This document shows positions 45,027-54,830 of a DNA stretch of 64,000 bases, in pieces. Numbering within the stretch: the stretch's first letter is position 1; each line of letters starts with the position of its first letter. Below the pieces are notes generated by a model, which ran no database searches, was not told the DNA's origin, and worked only from the letters and a program-made list of their open reading frames with translations. The DNA is from Eubacteriales bacterium. GTDB lineage: Bacteria > Bacillota > Clostridia > Oscillospirales > CAG-382. The DNA is taken from contig JAZOTA010000004.1 of NCBI GenBank assembly GCA_045657425.1, forward strand, positions 13,908 to 77,907, read 5' to 3'. The position numbers were made by a program, and so were the translations under genes.

Positions 45027-45128
45027 AAATAACAGCTGTGATATGCTTTATAAAATTCCCGATGAATGCAAAGAAGAAAACACAAGAGCAAAGACGCGAA
45101 ATTCGTAGCTTAAAATAATATTTACAAA

Positions 45129-45164
45129 AATCCCGTGCATACCAATTGTGATATGCACGGGATT
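45129..45164 (-). terminator. Terminator of typA
   Basis: Minus strand reads aatcccgtgcat-(loop)-atgcacgggatt followed by tttgtaaa. Confidence 0.7.
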
Positions 45165-45177
45165 AATTGTTATTACA

Positions 45178-47022
45178 CTATTTTTCTGCAGCCGCTTTCT
45201 TTGCTCTGCTTTCCGCTTTCATTCTTAATTCTTTATTAAGAATACGCTTGCGGATACGGATCGATTGAGGCGTTACCTCGATAAGCTCGTCATCTGCAAT
45301 AAATTCAATCGCTTCTTCAAGCGACATAATGATAGGCGGAGTGAGAATAAGCTTTTCATCGGCACCTGCGGAACGAATTGCGGTAAGCTGCTTTTTCTTG
45401 CAGGGATTAATCGCCATATCTTCACCCTTGGGGTTAATACCAACGACCATACCTTCATATACATTCATACCGGGGCCTACGAACAAATTACCGCGGTCTT
45501 GCGAGTTATAGCAACCGTAAGAGGTTGTTTCGCCATCTTCACTTGCAATAAGCGAACCGGTAAAGCGAATCTGAATATCGCCTTTAAAGGGCTTGTATCC
45601 TTCAAAAATGGAGTTAAGAATACCTTCGCCGCGAGTGGCGGACATAAACATATTTCTGTAACCGATAAGGCAACGCGCGGGAATCGAATATTCGATCTTC
45701 ATACGAGTGCCGTTACCGTTAGGGTTCATTTGAAGAAGATCGCCTTTACGTCTGCTCAGCTCTTCAACAACAGTACCAACATAATCATTGGGAACGTCAG
45801 CAGTAACAAGCTCAAAGGGCTCACACTTAACGCCGTCAATCTCTTTAAAGAGAACGCGCGGAGTCGAACAGCAAAGCTCAAAACCTTCACGGCGCATATT
45901 TTCAACAAGAATCGAAAGGTGCATTTCGCCACGACCTGCAACGTTAAAGCAATCGGTAGTGTCACCTTCGTTTACACGAAGTGAAACGTCCTTCAAAAGC
46001 TCCTTGAATAATCTGTCGCGTAATTGACGCGAGGTTACAAACTTACCTTCTCTACCTGCAAACGGAGAATCATTAACCGAGAAGGTCATTTCCATTGTAG
46101 GTTCGCCAACCTTAACAAATTCCAAAGGTTCGGGACAAGTAACGGACGTAATGGTATCACCAATAGTAATATCTTCAGCACCCGAGAAGCACACGATGTC
46201 GCCCATATTAGCGGTTTGAACGGGTACACGGTTAAGACCGTCGATCTGATAAAGCGAAACAATTTTCGTTTTCTTAGGTGTAGCACCGGAGTGATAGTTG
46301 GTAATAAATACCTCCTGTCCCTGCTTGATAGAACCGCGTTCGATTCTACCGATACCTATACGACCTACATATTCATTATAGTCGATTGAAGAAACGAGCA
46401 ATTGCAATTCACCGTCAGGATCACCTTCGGGTGCAGGAATATGAGAAAGAATGGTTTCGAAAAGGGGTTGGAGATCCTTACCCGCTTCATAGGGAGAAAG
46501 CGAAGCAGTGCCGGCTCTTCCGGAACAGAACAGCGTGGGGCTTTCGAGCTGTTCATCGCTTGCGTCGAGGTCAAAAAGAAGCTCGAGAACTTCATCCATA
46601 ACCTCTTCGATTCTTGCATCGGCGCGGTCGATTTTATTGATAACAACGATAACCTTATGGTTAAGCTCGAGCGCTCTTTGCAAAACGAATCTGGTTTGAG
46701 GCATAGGTCCTTCAGCCGCATCGACCAAAAGGATAACACCGTTTACCATTTTAAGAATACGCTCAACCTCGCCTCCGAAATCGGCGTGTCCCGGGGTGTC
46801 GATAACGTTAATTTTAACGTCTTTATAGTGGATGGCAGTGTTTTTTGCGAGAATGGTAATACCGCGCTCGCGCTCGAGAGCGTTATTATCCATAACGCGA
46901 TCCTCGGTAACCTGATTTTCGCGGAATACGCCGCCTTGCTTAAGCATTTCGTCAACAAGAGTAGTTTTGCCGTGGTCAACGTGAGCGATAATTGCGATAT
47001 TTCTTAAATCTTCTCTAACCAT
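45178..47022 (-). CDS. typA: Translational GTPase TypA/BipA
   Basis: [36 protein letters not shown], and 614 aa with the BipA-specific C-terminal domain. Confidence 0.95.
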   Translation of the reverse strand: MVREDLRNIAIIAHVDHGKTTLVDEMLKQGGVFRENQVTEDRVMDNNALERERGITILAKNTAIHYKDVKINVIDTPGHADFGGEVERILKMVNGVILLVDAAEGPMPQTRFVLQRALELNHKVIVVINKIDRADARIEEVMDEVLELLFDLDASDEQLESPTLFCSGRAGTASLSPYEAGKDLQPLFETILSHIPAPEGDPDGELQLLVSSIDYNEYVGRIGIGRIERGSIKQGQEVFITNYHSGATPKKTKIVSLYQIDGLNRVPVQTANMGDIVCFSGAEDITIGDTITSVTCPEPLEFVKVGEPTMEMTFSVNDSPFAGREGKFVTSRQLRDRLFKELLKDVSLRVNEGDTTDCFNVAGRGEMHLSILVENMRREGFELCCSTPRVLFKEIDGVKCEPFELVTADVPNDYVGTVVEELSRRKGDLLQMNPNGNGTRMKIEYSIPARCLIGYRNMFMSATRGEGILNSIFEGYKPFKGDIQIRFTGSLIASEDGETTSYGCYNSQDRGNLFVGPGMNVYEGMVVGINPKGEDMAINPCKKKQLTAIRSAGADEKLILTPPIIMSLEEAIEFIADDELIEVTPQSIRIRKRILNKELRMKAESRAKKAAAEK

Positions 47023-47202
47023 AATGCCCCTCTGATAGCAGAATAATTTATAATACTATAAAATTATACACAAAAATACAGTATTCGCAATGTGCATTTT
47101 CAATAATATTTATTCTACTTGTATTTTCCTCTTTATTTTATTGTCCAAAAGTGATATAATGTATTGATACGTTTATAAAATACATTTTGGCAGGTGTTTT
47201 AA

Positions 47203-48564
47203 TTGAACATAACTAAGCTTAATAATAAATCAAAGCTTTATTTCCTCGGTATCGGCGGCATAAGCATGTCTGCGATAGCAATGATACTTAAGGGAAACGG
47301 GTTTTCAATTTCCGGATATGACAGGACGCTCGGCGACGTTACCGACAAGCTCGAAAATAACGGCATAAAGGTCTATTCCGAGTTTGATATCTCTCAGATT
47401 AATGGCTGTGATGCGATAGTTTATTCCGCAGCATTCGGCACAGATCACCCGATATATCAGGCGGTATCACAAACCGGCATTGAGCTTTATTCCCGTGCAG
47501 AGATTTTGGGGGCTATCGCAAACCTTTACAAAAACTCGATCGCTGTTGCCGGCACTCATGGTAAATCGACAACGAGCGGTATGCTCGGTCACGTGCTTTT
47601 AAACGCGACCGCTTGCGACCCCACTGTTGTGGTCGGTGCGGTTATGCGTGACGTCGGATCTACATACAGAGTCGGCAAGGATGATAACTTTGTTTTCGAG
47701 GCTTGCGAATACAAGGACAGTTTTCTTTCGTTTTTCCCGAAGATCGCGGTCGTGCTTAACGTTGCGCTTGATCATACAGATTATTTCAGTGGAATCGGTC
47801 ATATGCGCGAATCGTTCATTCAATTTATGAACAACGGCGGTAGCGAGGGCTATGCTGTTTATAACTACGACTGCGAAAACTGCAGAATTTGCGCCGAACA
47901 GCATATCGGTACAAATATTACTTTTAGCGCAAACGGCGATATTAATGCAGATTATTGTGCAAAGAACGTTGAAATAATATCCGGCTTTGCTTCATTCGAC
48001 GTTTACAAAAACAGAGAATTTTACATTTCGCTCAAGCTTTCTGCGCCCGGCGAGCACAACATTTCCAATTCTCTTGCTGTAGTCGCTTGTTGTGACCTTA
48101 TCGGCATTGCAAAAGAAGATATCGTTAAAGGCATCGTAAGCTTTGCAGGCGTAGGCAGACGCTTCGAATACAAGGGCAGCTTTTGCGGTGCAGACGTTTA
48201 TGACGATTACGCGCACCATCCCGATGAAATCAAGGTTACCTTGAACGCTGCAAAGGGAATTGCTCGCGGTAAGGTCGTTGCGGTATTCCAGCCTCATAAT
48301 TATTCGCGTCTTCGCGATCTGTTTGATGAATTCAAGACGTCGTTTGACGATGCGGATATACTTATTCTCTGCCCTCTTTATGCGGCAAGAGAGGCATGCG
48401 GAACCGAGGTTTCTTCGGAATTGCTTTCGAAAGAAATTTCACATTCTTTTTATTTCGAAACGTTTGATGATATAAAAGAGCACTTAAAAAAGATTCTCAA
48501 TCCCGGCGATTTACTCCTTATAATGGGCGCAGGCGACATTGCGAAGCTTGCAAACAGCATTTGA
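47203..48564 (+). CDS. murC: UDP-N-acetylmuramate--L-alanine ligase
   Basis: YFLGIGGISMSAIA, the Mur ligase P-loop VAGTHGKSTT, and YAHHPDEI. Apparent TTG start. Confidence 0.9.
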   Translation: MNITKLNNKSKLYFLGIGGISMSAIAMILKGNGFSISGYDRTLGDVTDKLENNGIKVYSEFDISQINGCDAIVYSAAFGTDHPIYQAVSQTGIELYSRAEILGAIANLYKNSIAVAGTHGKSTTSGMLGHVLLNATACDPTVVVGAVMRDVGSTYRVGKDDNFVFEACEYKDSFLSFFPKIAVVLNVALDHTDYFSGIGHMRESFIQFMNNGGSEGYAVYNYDCENCRICAEQHIGTNITFSANGDINADYCAKNVEIISGFASFDVYKNREFYISLKLSAPGEHNISNSLAVVACCDLIGIAKEDIVKGIVSFAGVGRRFEYKGSFCGADVYDDYAHHPDEIKVTLNAAKGIARGKVVAVFQPHNYSRLRDLFDEFKTSFDDADILILCPLYAAREACGTEVSSELLSKEISHSFYFETFDDIKEHLKKILNPGDLLLIMGAGDIAKLANSI

Positions 48565-48607
48565 CAAGAAAATGAATTAATTTTTTGACGAAAAATCAAA
48601 AAAAGAC

Positions 48608-48636
48608 TTGACAAACTCAAAAATCTGTTATATAGT
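48608..48636 (+). promoter_or_regulatory. Sigma-A promoter of rpmB
   Basis: TTGACA (48608-48613), a 17-nt spacer, then TATAGT (48631-48636). Confidence 0.5.
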
Positions 48637-48680
48637 AAGTTGTTCGAATTTGTACGGAAAATCTTGTGGAGGTGGAATAG

Positions 48681-48869
48681 ATGGCAAAGTGTTCAGTTTG
48701 CGGAAAGGGCGTTACGTTCGGTTGCAACGTTTCCCACTCGCACAGAAAAACCAACAGAAGTTGGAAGCCCAACATCAGAAGAGTAAAGGCTAATCTCAAC
48801 GGTACCGTAAAGCACGTTTACGTTTGCTCCCGCTGCCTTAGAAGCGGCAAGGTTACCAGAGCTATATAA
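48681..48869 (+). CDS. rpmB: 50S ribosomal protein L28
   Basis: MAKCSVCGKG..FG.NVSHSHRKTNR.WKPNI..VKA...G....V.VC.RCLRSGKV is L28. Confidence 0.9.
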   Translation: MAKCSVCGKGVTFGCNVSHSHRKTNRSWKPNIRRVKANLNGTVKHVYVCSRCLRSGKVTRAI

Positions 48870-48891
48870 GCCAACCTTAACTCAAAAAAGC

Positions 48892-48922
48892 GAAGCGGTA
48901 TTTTTATACCGCTTCATTTTTT
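48892..48922. terminator. Bidirectional terminator that overlaps the last codons of the convergent GNAT gene
   Basis: gaagcggta-ttttta-taccgcttc-attttttt. The 3' arm encodes ...NEAV* of the minus-strand gene. Confidence 0.7.
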
Positions 48923-49500
48923 TCTTTTATTCTGTTGTACATCTCATCGGTCATAATATAATGAACAATGTCACGGTACTGTCCCTTTATCTCCATTTCC
49001 GAATAACCGATTCTGTCAAGTGAAAATCCGACACGCTCGGCAAGCTTTTTTGAAGATGAGTTTTCGTTAATAATGCGAAGGTTTGCGCTTTGGAGATTTA
49101 AAACCTCAAACGTAAGCTTCAGTACCGCACGTACCGATTCGGTCATATACCCTTTGTTCCTATAATACGGAGAAAGCACGTACCCGATCTCACAGCTTTT
49201 TTCGCGTGTATCTATATTTGCGTATCCGCAGGTTCCAATCATCTTACCGGTGTCCTTGATTATTATCGCCCAATCGGCATATAATCCCCTTAAATACCGC
49301 TTTTGTAGAAATTCGATATACCCTTTTGTAACATCTATATTGATGTGAGGACTCCACAAAAGATATTCGCAAACGTCTTCTATGGAAGAATACTCAAACA
49401 TATCCTCGGCATCCGACGGTGCGATATAGCGAAGAATAAGCCGCTCGGTCTCCAAAGGTATTGATTTTAACAACGTTTTCCTTAATTTCCTTGCAGTCAT
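48904..49500 (-). CDS. GNAT-family N-acetyltransferase (RimJ/RimL-like)
   Basis: LETERLILRY...EIGYVLSPYYRNKGYMTE...A.N..S.KLAERVGF, the typical RimJ/L-type Acetyltransf_3 pattern. Confidence 0.8.
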   Translation of the reverse strand: MTARKLRKTLLKSIPLETERLILRYIAPSDAEDMFEYSSIEDVCEYLLWSPHINIDVTKGYIEFLQKRYLRGLYADWAIIIKDTGKMIGTCGYANIDTREKSCEIGYVLSPYYRNKGYMTESVRAVLKLTFEVLNLQSANLRIINENSSSKKLAERVGFSLDRIGYSEMEIKGQYRDIVHYIMTDEMYNRIKEKNEAV

Positions 49501-49640
49501 ACCGCACCTCCTTTTTGTTAATTATAACCGATAAATGCTCATTTTTCAATAGAAACAGCACGACGATCTAAATTTTCATTTGTTTTACAAAATCTTCAAA
49601 TAAATATATAATACTTCTTTATTAATTTCGAATAATTAAC

Positions 49641-49669
49641 TTGACATATTCATCGAAAAGTAGTATAAT
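49641..49669 (+). promoter_or_regulatory. Sigma-A promoter of the 845-aa lipoprotein gene
   Basis: TTGACA (49641-49646), a 17-nt spacer, then TATAAT (49664-49669). The track's ORF start at 49641 is actually the -35 box. Confidence 0.6.
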
Positions 49670-49712
49670 GCGCTTATGTGTAAATATCTGTTTTTTAGGA
49701 GGAACGCCTACT

Positions 49713-52247
49713 ATGAAAAAAGGCATCTTATGTATTCTTCTGTCAATTCTTATGCTTGTTCCGATGTTCGCATCCTGTTCAAGCGAAGTAGTTATCGAAG
49801 ATATTGAAGCCAAAGTTTATACTCTCTACACTATCAAAGATAAAGAAACGACACCTGAAGCCATCAGACAGGTTGAACTTGCGCTTAACCGCATTTTGTT
49901 CCACCGTTTGGGCGTCATCCTCAAGCTTGTTATGGTTGATGAGGAGGAATATGATCAGCTCATTACCGACAAGTATGCTGAAATGGAAGAATATCAGCTT
50001 GCAAAGAAAAACAAGAACAACAAGGATGAATCCTCTAAAGCCGATAGTTCCGACGAAGAGGTTTCTGTCGACGTTCTTACCGGTGATGATATTCTCGACA
50101 TCCTCGAAGAGGGCGGACAAATTCCCCTCGAAGAGCCCAGACTTGATATTTTCCTTGTAAGAGGATACGACAAGTATTACGACCTTGCTACAAACGGAAA
50201 GCTTGTTTCTCTCGACGAAAAGCTTAACAACGAAGGTAAATCGCTCAAGTCTTCTATTCACTCTACTTTGTTCACAGCTGCAAAGGTTGGTTTGAAGACA
50301 TACGGCGTTCCCGTTAACAACGCAATCGGCGAATACACTTATCTCGTATATGATGCTGAACTTTTGGCTCAGCACAATATCGACCCTAACACTCTTACTA
50401 CGTTGGAAGACCTTCGCGATTATCTCGAAATCGTTGCTAAAAACAATCCCGACGTAGTTCCTTTGAAGAACATTAAGGAATCGACCGCGTTCAACTTCCT
50501 TAGCACTCCCGGCTTCCCTGCACTCGTTCAATTGACCGACCTTGGAACCCGTCGTGTAATCAACGCATATAAAGATTCTCAATTCAAAGATTATTATGCA
50601 ATGATCGCAAGATATCAGGCGCTTGGCTATATTTCTGATGATTTTGCATCTGCTGCAGAAACCGATGATGTTCCCAGATACGCAGTTCGTTTTGAAAGCG
50701 GTACTATCGACTCCATCACCAAGAATCTCCAGAAGGAGTATGGTAAGGAACAGAAGTTTGAATTTACCGAATTTTCTCCTCCTATCGCTACAAATGAAAA
50801 TACAATTGATAATATTTTCTGCGTATCCGAATTTGTATCTTCTACCGACGAACTTACCGACGTAATCGAAATCATGGAAGCTATCAACACCGATGCTCAA
50901 CTTATGAACATCCTCACCTACGGTGTTGAAAACGTACACTACCAACTCGATGATGACGGCTTTGTTGTTAGAAAAGAAGACAGCGTTCAAATCACTAATC
51001 CCGAAAACCCCGATGAAAAGATCGTAGTTAAGAATGTTTATATTGTAGACCCCAACCACGTTGGTAACTGCTTTATCACCCACATTCTTAAGGATACCGA
51101 ACACGATACAACAAACGCAAACCTTTGGATCGACGCTATTAAGCAAAACCAAGATGCAATCGTTTCACCCTCGCTTGGTTTCACCTCCAACCCCAAGAAA
51201 TTCTCTTACAAGGTTACAGTTGAAATTGACGATCCCAAGAACCCCGGACAAAAGATCCAGCAGGAAGATACCGTTGATATTTACGAACCCGATTACATCG
51301 AGGTTATCAACGAAGTTATAGCTAAGCACTACCCCGCCCTCCTTTCCGGTACCGCTGTAGAGATTAATTATGAAGAGATCTACACAAAAGCAGAAGCGGA
51401 AATCGTCGCAGATTTCGTTGACAGAGTTGACGAACAATTCGAAGAAAACGTTCTTAAACCTATGTTCGCAGAAATGATGCGCGAAGAAGTAACAAAAAAT
51501 CAAAGCAAACAGATTCGCGAAGAAGCTGAAGCGGTTGTTAGAGAAGACCTTCACGACGACGTTAGAAAGAAGCTTAAGAATAAGCTCACCTCTAAGTTGA
51601 AGGCAGAAAATCCTGAAGCAAGCAGCTCTGATATTTCCAAGATGGTAAATGAACTGCTTACCGAAGAGTATATTAATGAAAACTTCGCTTCCTACTACAG
51701 CGAAGAAGAAGTTCAAGACAAAATTGAAAGCACATTCATAAACTATCTTGATTCCGCAATCGATGATGCAATCGACGAAATCGAAGATACCGATGAATAT
51801 GCAAAAGCATTTGAAAATCTCCAAAACTCTGAAGAATATAAGAATCAACTCAACCTTATGTTGACTTATGACGCTCCCAACAAGATTCTCGCACGTGTAG
51901 ACGAATATATTGCTGAGGAAATTGCAGTATATACCGATAACATCATTGCAGAAATCGAAACCGCTATCGAAGCAGCTGTTAACAAATTTGTTGAGGAAAA
52001 TTCTGAAATTCTTAATCTTACCGCAGAACAGATTTATTTAGAAATCGGTTACTACGAAGAAGAAAAGGTTGAAACCGAAGGCGAAGAAGCTGATGCAGCA
52101 ACAGAAGAAAGCGCAGCTGAAGGTGAAGAAGGCGAAGAAGAGAAGAAGTTAGTACCTAAGTACGAAACTTGGTTCGACTTTGTGTTCACCGAAAAGATCC
52201 AAAACACCTACTATCAAATCTTCGGTGACCCCGACAAAGTAGCATAA
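49713..52247 (+). CDS. Lipoprotein: solute-binding-like domain followed by an approximately 300-aa highly acidic helical region and a short conserved C-terminal tail
   Basis: Start MKKGILCILLSILMLVPMFASC (lipobox) after AGGAGG. SBP-like N-terminal two-thirds. The C-terminal third is Glu/Asp-rich with heptad-like spacing and ends WFDFVFTEKIQNTYYQIFG. Confidence 0.5.
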   Translation: MKKGILCILLSILMLVPMFASCSSEVVIEDIEAKVYTLYTIKDKETTPEAIRQVELALNRILFHRLGVILKLVMVDEEEYDQLITDKYAEMEEYQLAKKNKNNKDESSKADSSDEEVSVDVLTGDDILDILEEGGQIPLEEPRLDIFLVRGYDKYYDLATNGKLVSLDEKLNNEGKSLKSSIHSTLFTAAKVGLKTYGVPVNNAIGEYTYLVYDAELLAQHNIDPNTLTTLEDLRDYLEIVAKNNPDVVPLKNIKESTAFNFLSTPGFPALVQLTDLGTRRVINAYKDSQFKDYYAMIARYQALGYISDDFASAAETDDVPRYAVRFESGTIDSITKNLQKEYGKEQKFEFTEFSPPIATNENTIDNIFCVSEFVSSTDELTDVIEIMEAINTDAQLMNILTYGVENVHYQLDDDGFVVRKEDSVQITNPENPDEKIVVKNVYIVDPNHVGNCFITHILKDTEHDTTNANLWIDAIKQNQDAIVSPSLGFTSNPKKFSYKVTVEIDDPKNPGQKIQQEDTVDIYEPDYIEVINEVIAKHYPALLSGTAVEINYEEIYTKAEAEIVADFVDRVDEQFEENVLKPMFAEMMREEVTKNQSKQIREEAEAVVREDLHDDVRKKLKNKLTSKLKAENPEASSSDISKMVNELLTEEYINENFASYYSEEEVQDKIESTFINYLDSAIDDAIDEIEDTDEYAKAFENLQNSEEYKNQLNLMLTYDAPNKILARVDEYIAEEIAVYTDNIIAEIETAIEAAVNKFVEENSEILNLTAEQIYLEIGYYEEEKVETEGEEADAATEESAAEGEEGEEEKKLVPKYETWFDFVFTEKIQNTYYQIFGDPDKVA

Positions 52248-52255
52248 TTAATATA

Positions 52256-52285
52256 AAAAGAGTCGTTTTCAAAACGACTCTTTTT
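52256..52285. terminator. Bidirectional terminator
   Basis: aaaaagagtcgtttt-c-aaaacgactcttttt. Confidence 0.8.
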
Positions 52286-52288
52286 ATA

Positions 52289-53398
52289 TTAATTTAACAT
52301 CTCGGCATACCTTAAATAATTTTCAAAACGCTCTTCGTTCTTGATTGCTTCAAAAGAATTCCATTCTAAACTTCTAAAAAACCAATTTTTATACGAGCGT
52401 TTTCGTTCGGTTTTATTAAACGGACGAATTACATTCGGATATAGAATACATCCGGTCTCAAGTGTATTGCCACAACCACTTTCGTAAGCTTTAATTATTT
52501 CAACAATTTCATCCAAATGCTTATACGCAATCTCATAGTTGCCCGCTCTTGCTTTTTCTGCCGCCAATTGAATATTTGCCTGTAAAAGATAATTTGTAAG
52601 CGGAATAGGATACAGATTATCCTCATACATACAGTGAATCATATCATACATTAACTGAAAAATCTTAAGCGACGTTGAATTATCCCAACTCGCACGCCAC
52701 AAACAATGCGCCAATCGTTCGATATCCCAAAATAGCCAATATATCGAGTCTGAAATTGATTCTCTATAATACTCAATTGCTTCTTCATACTTTTTTTCGC
52801 GATGTAGCAAATTACCTTGCATACGCGCCTTGTTGTAACGGCAATACGGCAGATAATTAATTTCTTTTTCCGCTTTCTTGAACTCGCCGGAGCTCATATA
52901 TACATCCGCAAGAATAGCATGTGAACATATATTTGAATCGGAACCATTCTTTTCCCCCAACTTGCGTAATTCATCAGCAAATGTTTCCGCCTTTGAAATC
53001 AATTCATTTTTTTCATCCTCAGACATATTCTTACCTTGAATTGCCAAAAGCTGCGCGATGCACTGAATCGTTCTTGATATAGTATCGATACTGTAAGGAT
53101 ACATTTTTGCTTTTTCTAAATAAATTCTATATCTTTCACTTACATCATTAGCCGCGCCGCATGCTTCATCCAACTCATCCAATATCTCCTCGTTTGATTT
53201 AACGCTATTTCCAAGCAATTCATCGGTTGTAATACCAAATAGTCGCGATATCGGTATAATGAGTGTTATATCCGGCATTGCGGATGCACTTTCCCATTTC
53301 GATACAGCTTGAGGTGTTACCATCAATTTGTTCGCAATTTCTTCCTGAGTGTAACCAACACGTTTTCTATTTTCTTTAAAGACTTCTGCAAAACCCAT
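52289..53398 (-). CDS. XRE-family HTH regulator with a large TPR-like helical C-terminal domain
   Basis: HTH_3 N-terminus RKRVGYTQEEIANKLMVTPQAVSKWESASAMPDITLIIPISRLFGITTDELLG. About 300 aa of helical repeats follow (AEKEINYLPY..., YEEAIEYYRESI...). Confidence 0.7.
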   Translation of the reverse strand: MGFAEVFKENRKRVGYTQEEIANKLMVTPQAVSKWESASAMPDITLIIPISRLFGITTDELLGNSVKSNEEILDELDEACGAANDVSERYRIYLEKAKMYPYSIDTISRTIQCIAQLLAIQGKNMSEDEKNELISKAETFADELRKLGEKNGSDSNICSHAILADVYMSSGEFKKAEKEINYLPYCRYNKARMQGNLLHREKKYEEAIEYYRESISDSIYWLFWDIERLAHCLWRASWDNSTSLKIFQLMYDMIHCMYEDNLYPIPLTNYLLQANIQLAAEKARAGNYEIAYKHLDEIVEIIKAYESGCGNTLETGCILYPNVIRPFNKTERKRSYKNWFFRSLEWNSFEAIKNEERFENYLRYAEMLN

Positions 53399-53500
53399 TT
53401 TTAATCTCCTAATTATCGAATGTATTGTTTATATTTTATAGCATTCATTGAGAAATTTCAAGCAACTTGTCTTTTTAAAAATGACAACCGTGGGTTAACA

Positions 53501-53529
53501 AAAAAGGTGCGTTTGATACGCACCTTTTT
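53501..53529 (-). terminator. Terminator of the CofE-like gene
   Basis: aaaaaggtgcg-tttgata-cgcaccttttt. Confidence 0.75.
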
Positions 53530-53532
53530 ATA

Positions 53533-54726
53533 TTATGCAGTGTAGTTATCGAAATATCCTTGAATCCAAACGATGGGAGTACCCTTATCACCGCTGCCCG
53601 AGGTAAGGTCGCAAAGCGAACCGATGAGGTCGGTAAGTCTGCGAGGAGTAGTGCCTTGAGAAGCCATTTTACCTACAAGGTCGCCATCCTTTTTACGAAT
53701 GTATTCACTGATAGCATCCTTGAGTTCTTGGCCGGAAAGATGCTTGAAATCGTTATCTGCAAGATACTTGAGCTTTACTTCGTTGGGTTGACCTTCAAGG
53801 CCGGGAGTGTATGCAGGGGAAACAACAGGGTCAGCAAGCTCCCAAATCTTTCCTACAGGGTCCTTAAAGGCACCATCGCCATAAACCATTACTTCAACAT
53901 TCTTGCCGGTCTTTTCGTTAAGCATAGAAGCGATAGAATCAACAACCGCTTGGCAATCACGCGGGAAAAGCTTAACGGTATCTTCGGTAGCCTTGTTGCT
54001 TCCGAGAAGGCCGTATTCGCGGTTAAAGCCCGAGCCGTTGACAGACTCGGTAAGAATATCGTCAAGACCGAAAACTGTTTTCGCGCCTGCCGCTTTAAGA
54101 AGGCGTTTGCTTCTGACGCGGGTGTGAATATCGCAGGTAAGAACCGAATCGGTATAATCAAGAATCTTGCGGCAATCGTTAGCAAGAACGATCTCGACTT
54201 CGCAATCCTGAGATTCGATAAGTTCACGGTAATATTCGATATAATCAACACCGGTAAAGGGGTGCTTTACGATGCCGAAAAGCTCGCGATATTTTGCTTC
54301 GGTAAGAACGTCGGTCCAAGGATTAACGCCTGCGGCATCCAAGGAATCGTAATCGATCAAGTGGTTGCCAACTTCATCCGAGGGATAGGAAAGCATAAGC
54401 ACAACCTTCTTTGCGCCGCGTGCGATACCTTTAAGGCAGATAGCAAAACGATTACGCGAAAGAATGGGGAAAATTACACCAACAGCGCCTTCGGGGAATT
54501 TAGCACGAATATCGTCAGCAATCTGGTCAACGGAAGCATAGTTACCCTGTGCGCGAGCAACAACCGCTTCGGTAACCGCAACAACGTCACGGTCGAGAAT
54601 TTGAATGTTTTCACTTTCAGCCGCAGTAAGAACGCTTTCTGCAACAATTTTAGCTATATCATCACCCTGTCTGATAATAGGAGCGCGCACTCCTCGGGAC
54701 ACGGTACCAATGAATCTTTCGTTCAT
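53533..54726 (-). CDS. F420-0:gamma-glutamyl ligase (CofE)-like domain protein with a C-terminal extension; function unknown here
   Basis: N-terminal half (RAPIIRQGDDIAKIVAESVL...VVAVTEAVVARAQGN...) resembles the CofE/F420-ligase fold family. Assignment made by eye only. Confidence 0.45.
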   Translation of the reverse strand: MNERFIGTVSRGVRAPIIRQGDDIAKIVAESVLTAAESENIQILDRDVVAVTEAVVARAQGNYASVDQIADDIRAKFPEGAVGVIFPILSRNRFAICLKGIARGAKKVVLMLSYPSDEVGNHLIDYDSLDAAGVNPWTDVLTEAKYRELFGIVKHPFTGVDYIEYYRELIESQDCEVEIVLANDCRKILDYTDSVLTCDIHTRVRSKRLLKAAGAKTVFGLDDILTESVNGSGFNREYGLLGSNKATEDTVKLFPRDCQAVVDSIASMLNEKTGKNVEVMVYGDGAFKDPVGKIWELADPVVSPAYTPGLEGQPNEVKLKYLADNDFKHLSGQELKDAISEYIRKKDGDLVGKMASQGTTPRRLTDLIGSLCDLTSGSGDKGTPIVWIQGYFDNYTA

Positions 54727-54830
54727 TTTAAAACCTCCAAAAACATATTGACATTTCTGTATTTATATTATAATATAAATCATATCATAAGTCAATCAAT
54801 TAATCATAATGCTTTGCATAAGGAGAGCTT

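Noticed and set aside
45062-45118. 18-codon ORF (MNAKKKTQEQRREIRSLK) after the ACP gene, considered as a DltX-like microprotein
   Set aside because: It lies downstream of the operon terminator and has no RBS. It is hydrophilic with no TM helix and lacks the aromatic C-terminal motif. The DltX-like motif is instead found fused to the MBOAT.
49641-49712. N-terminal 24 codons of the track ORF 49641-52247 (TTG start)
   Set aside because: The TTG is the first half of a consensus -35 box (TTGACA-17-TATAAT). The ATG at 49713 follows AGGAGG and begins a canonical lipoprotein signal peptide.
49779-51152. 457-aa minus-strand ORF, with others at 51165-51848 and 53560-54846, opposite the large lipoprotein and CofE-like genes
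   Set aside because: These are shadow ORFs in AT-poor-stop antisense frames. The sense genes have promoters, RBSs and terminators.
53533-54726. Annotating the CofE-like gene as a genuine coenzyme F420 biosynthesis gene
   Set aside because: No other F420 genes are in the window, and F420 is not expected in this type of Firmicute. Only the fold-family resemblance is reported.
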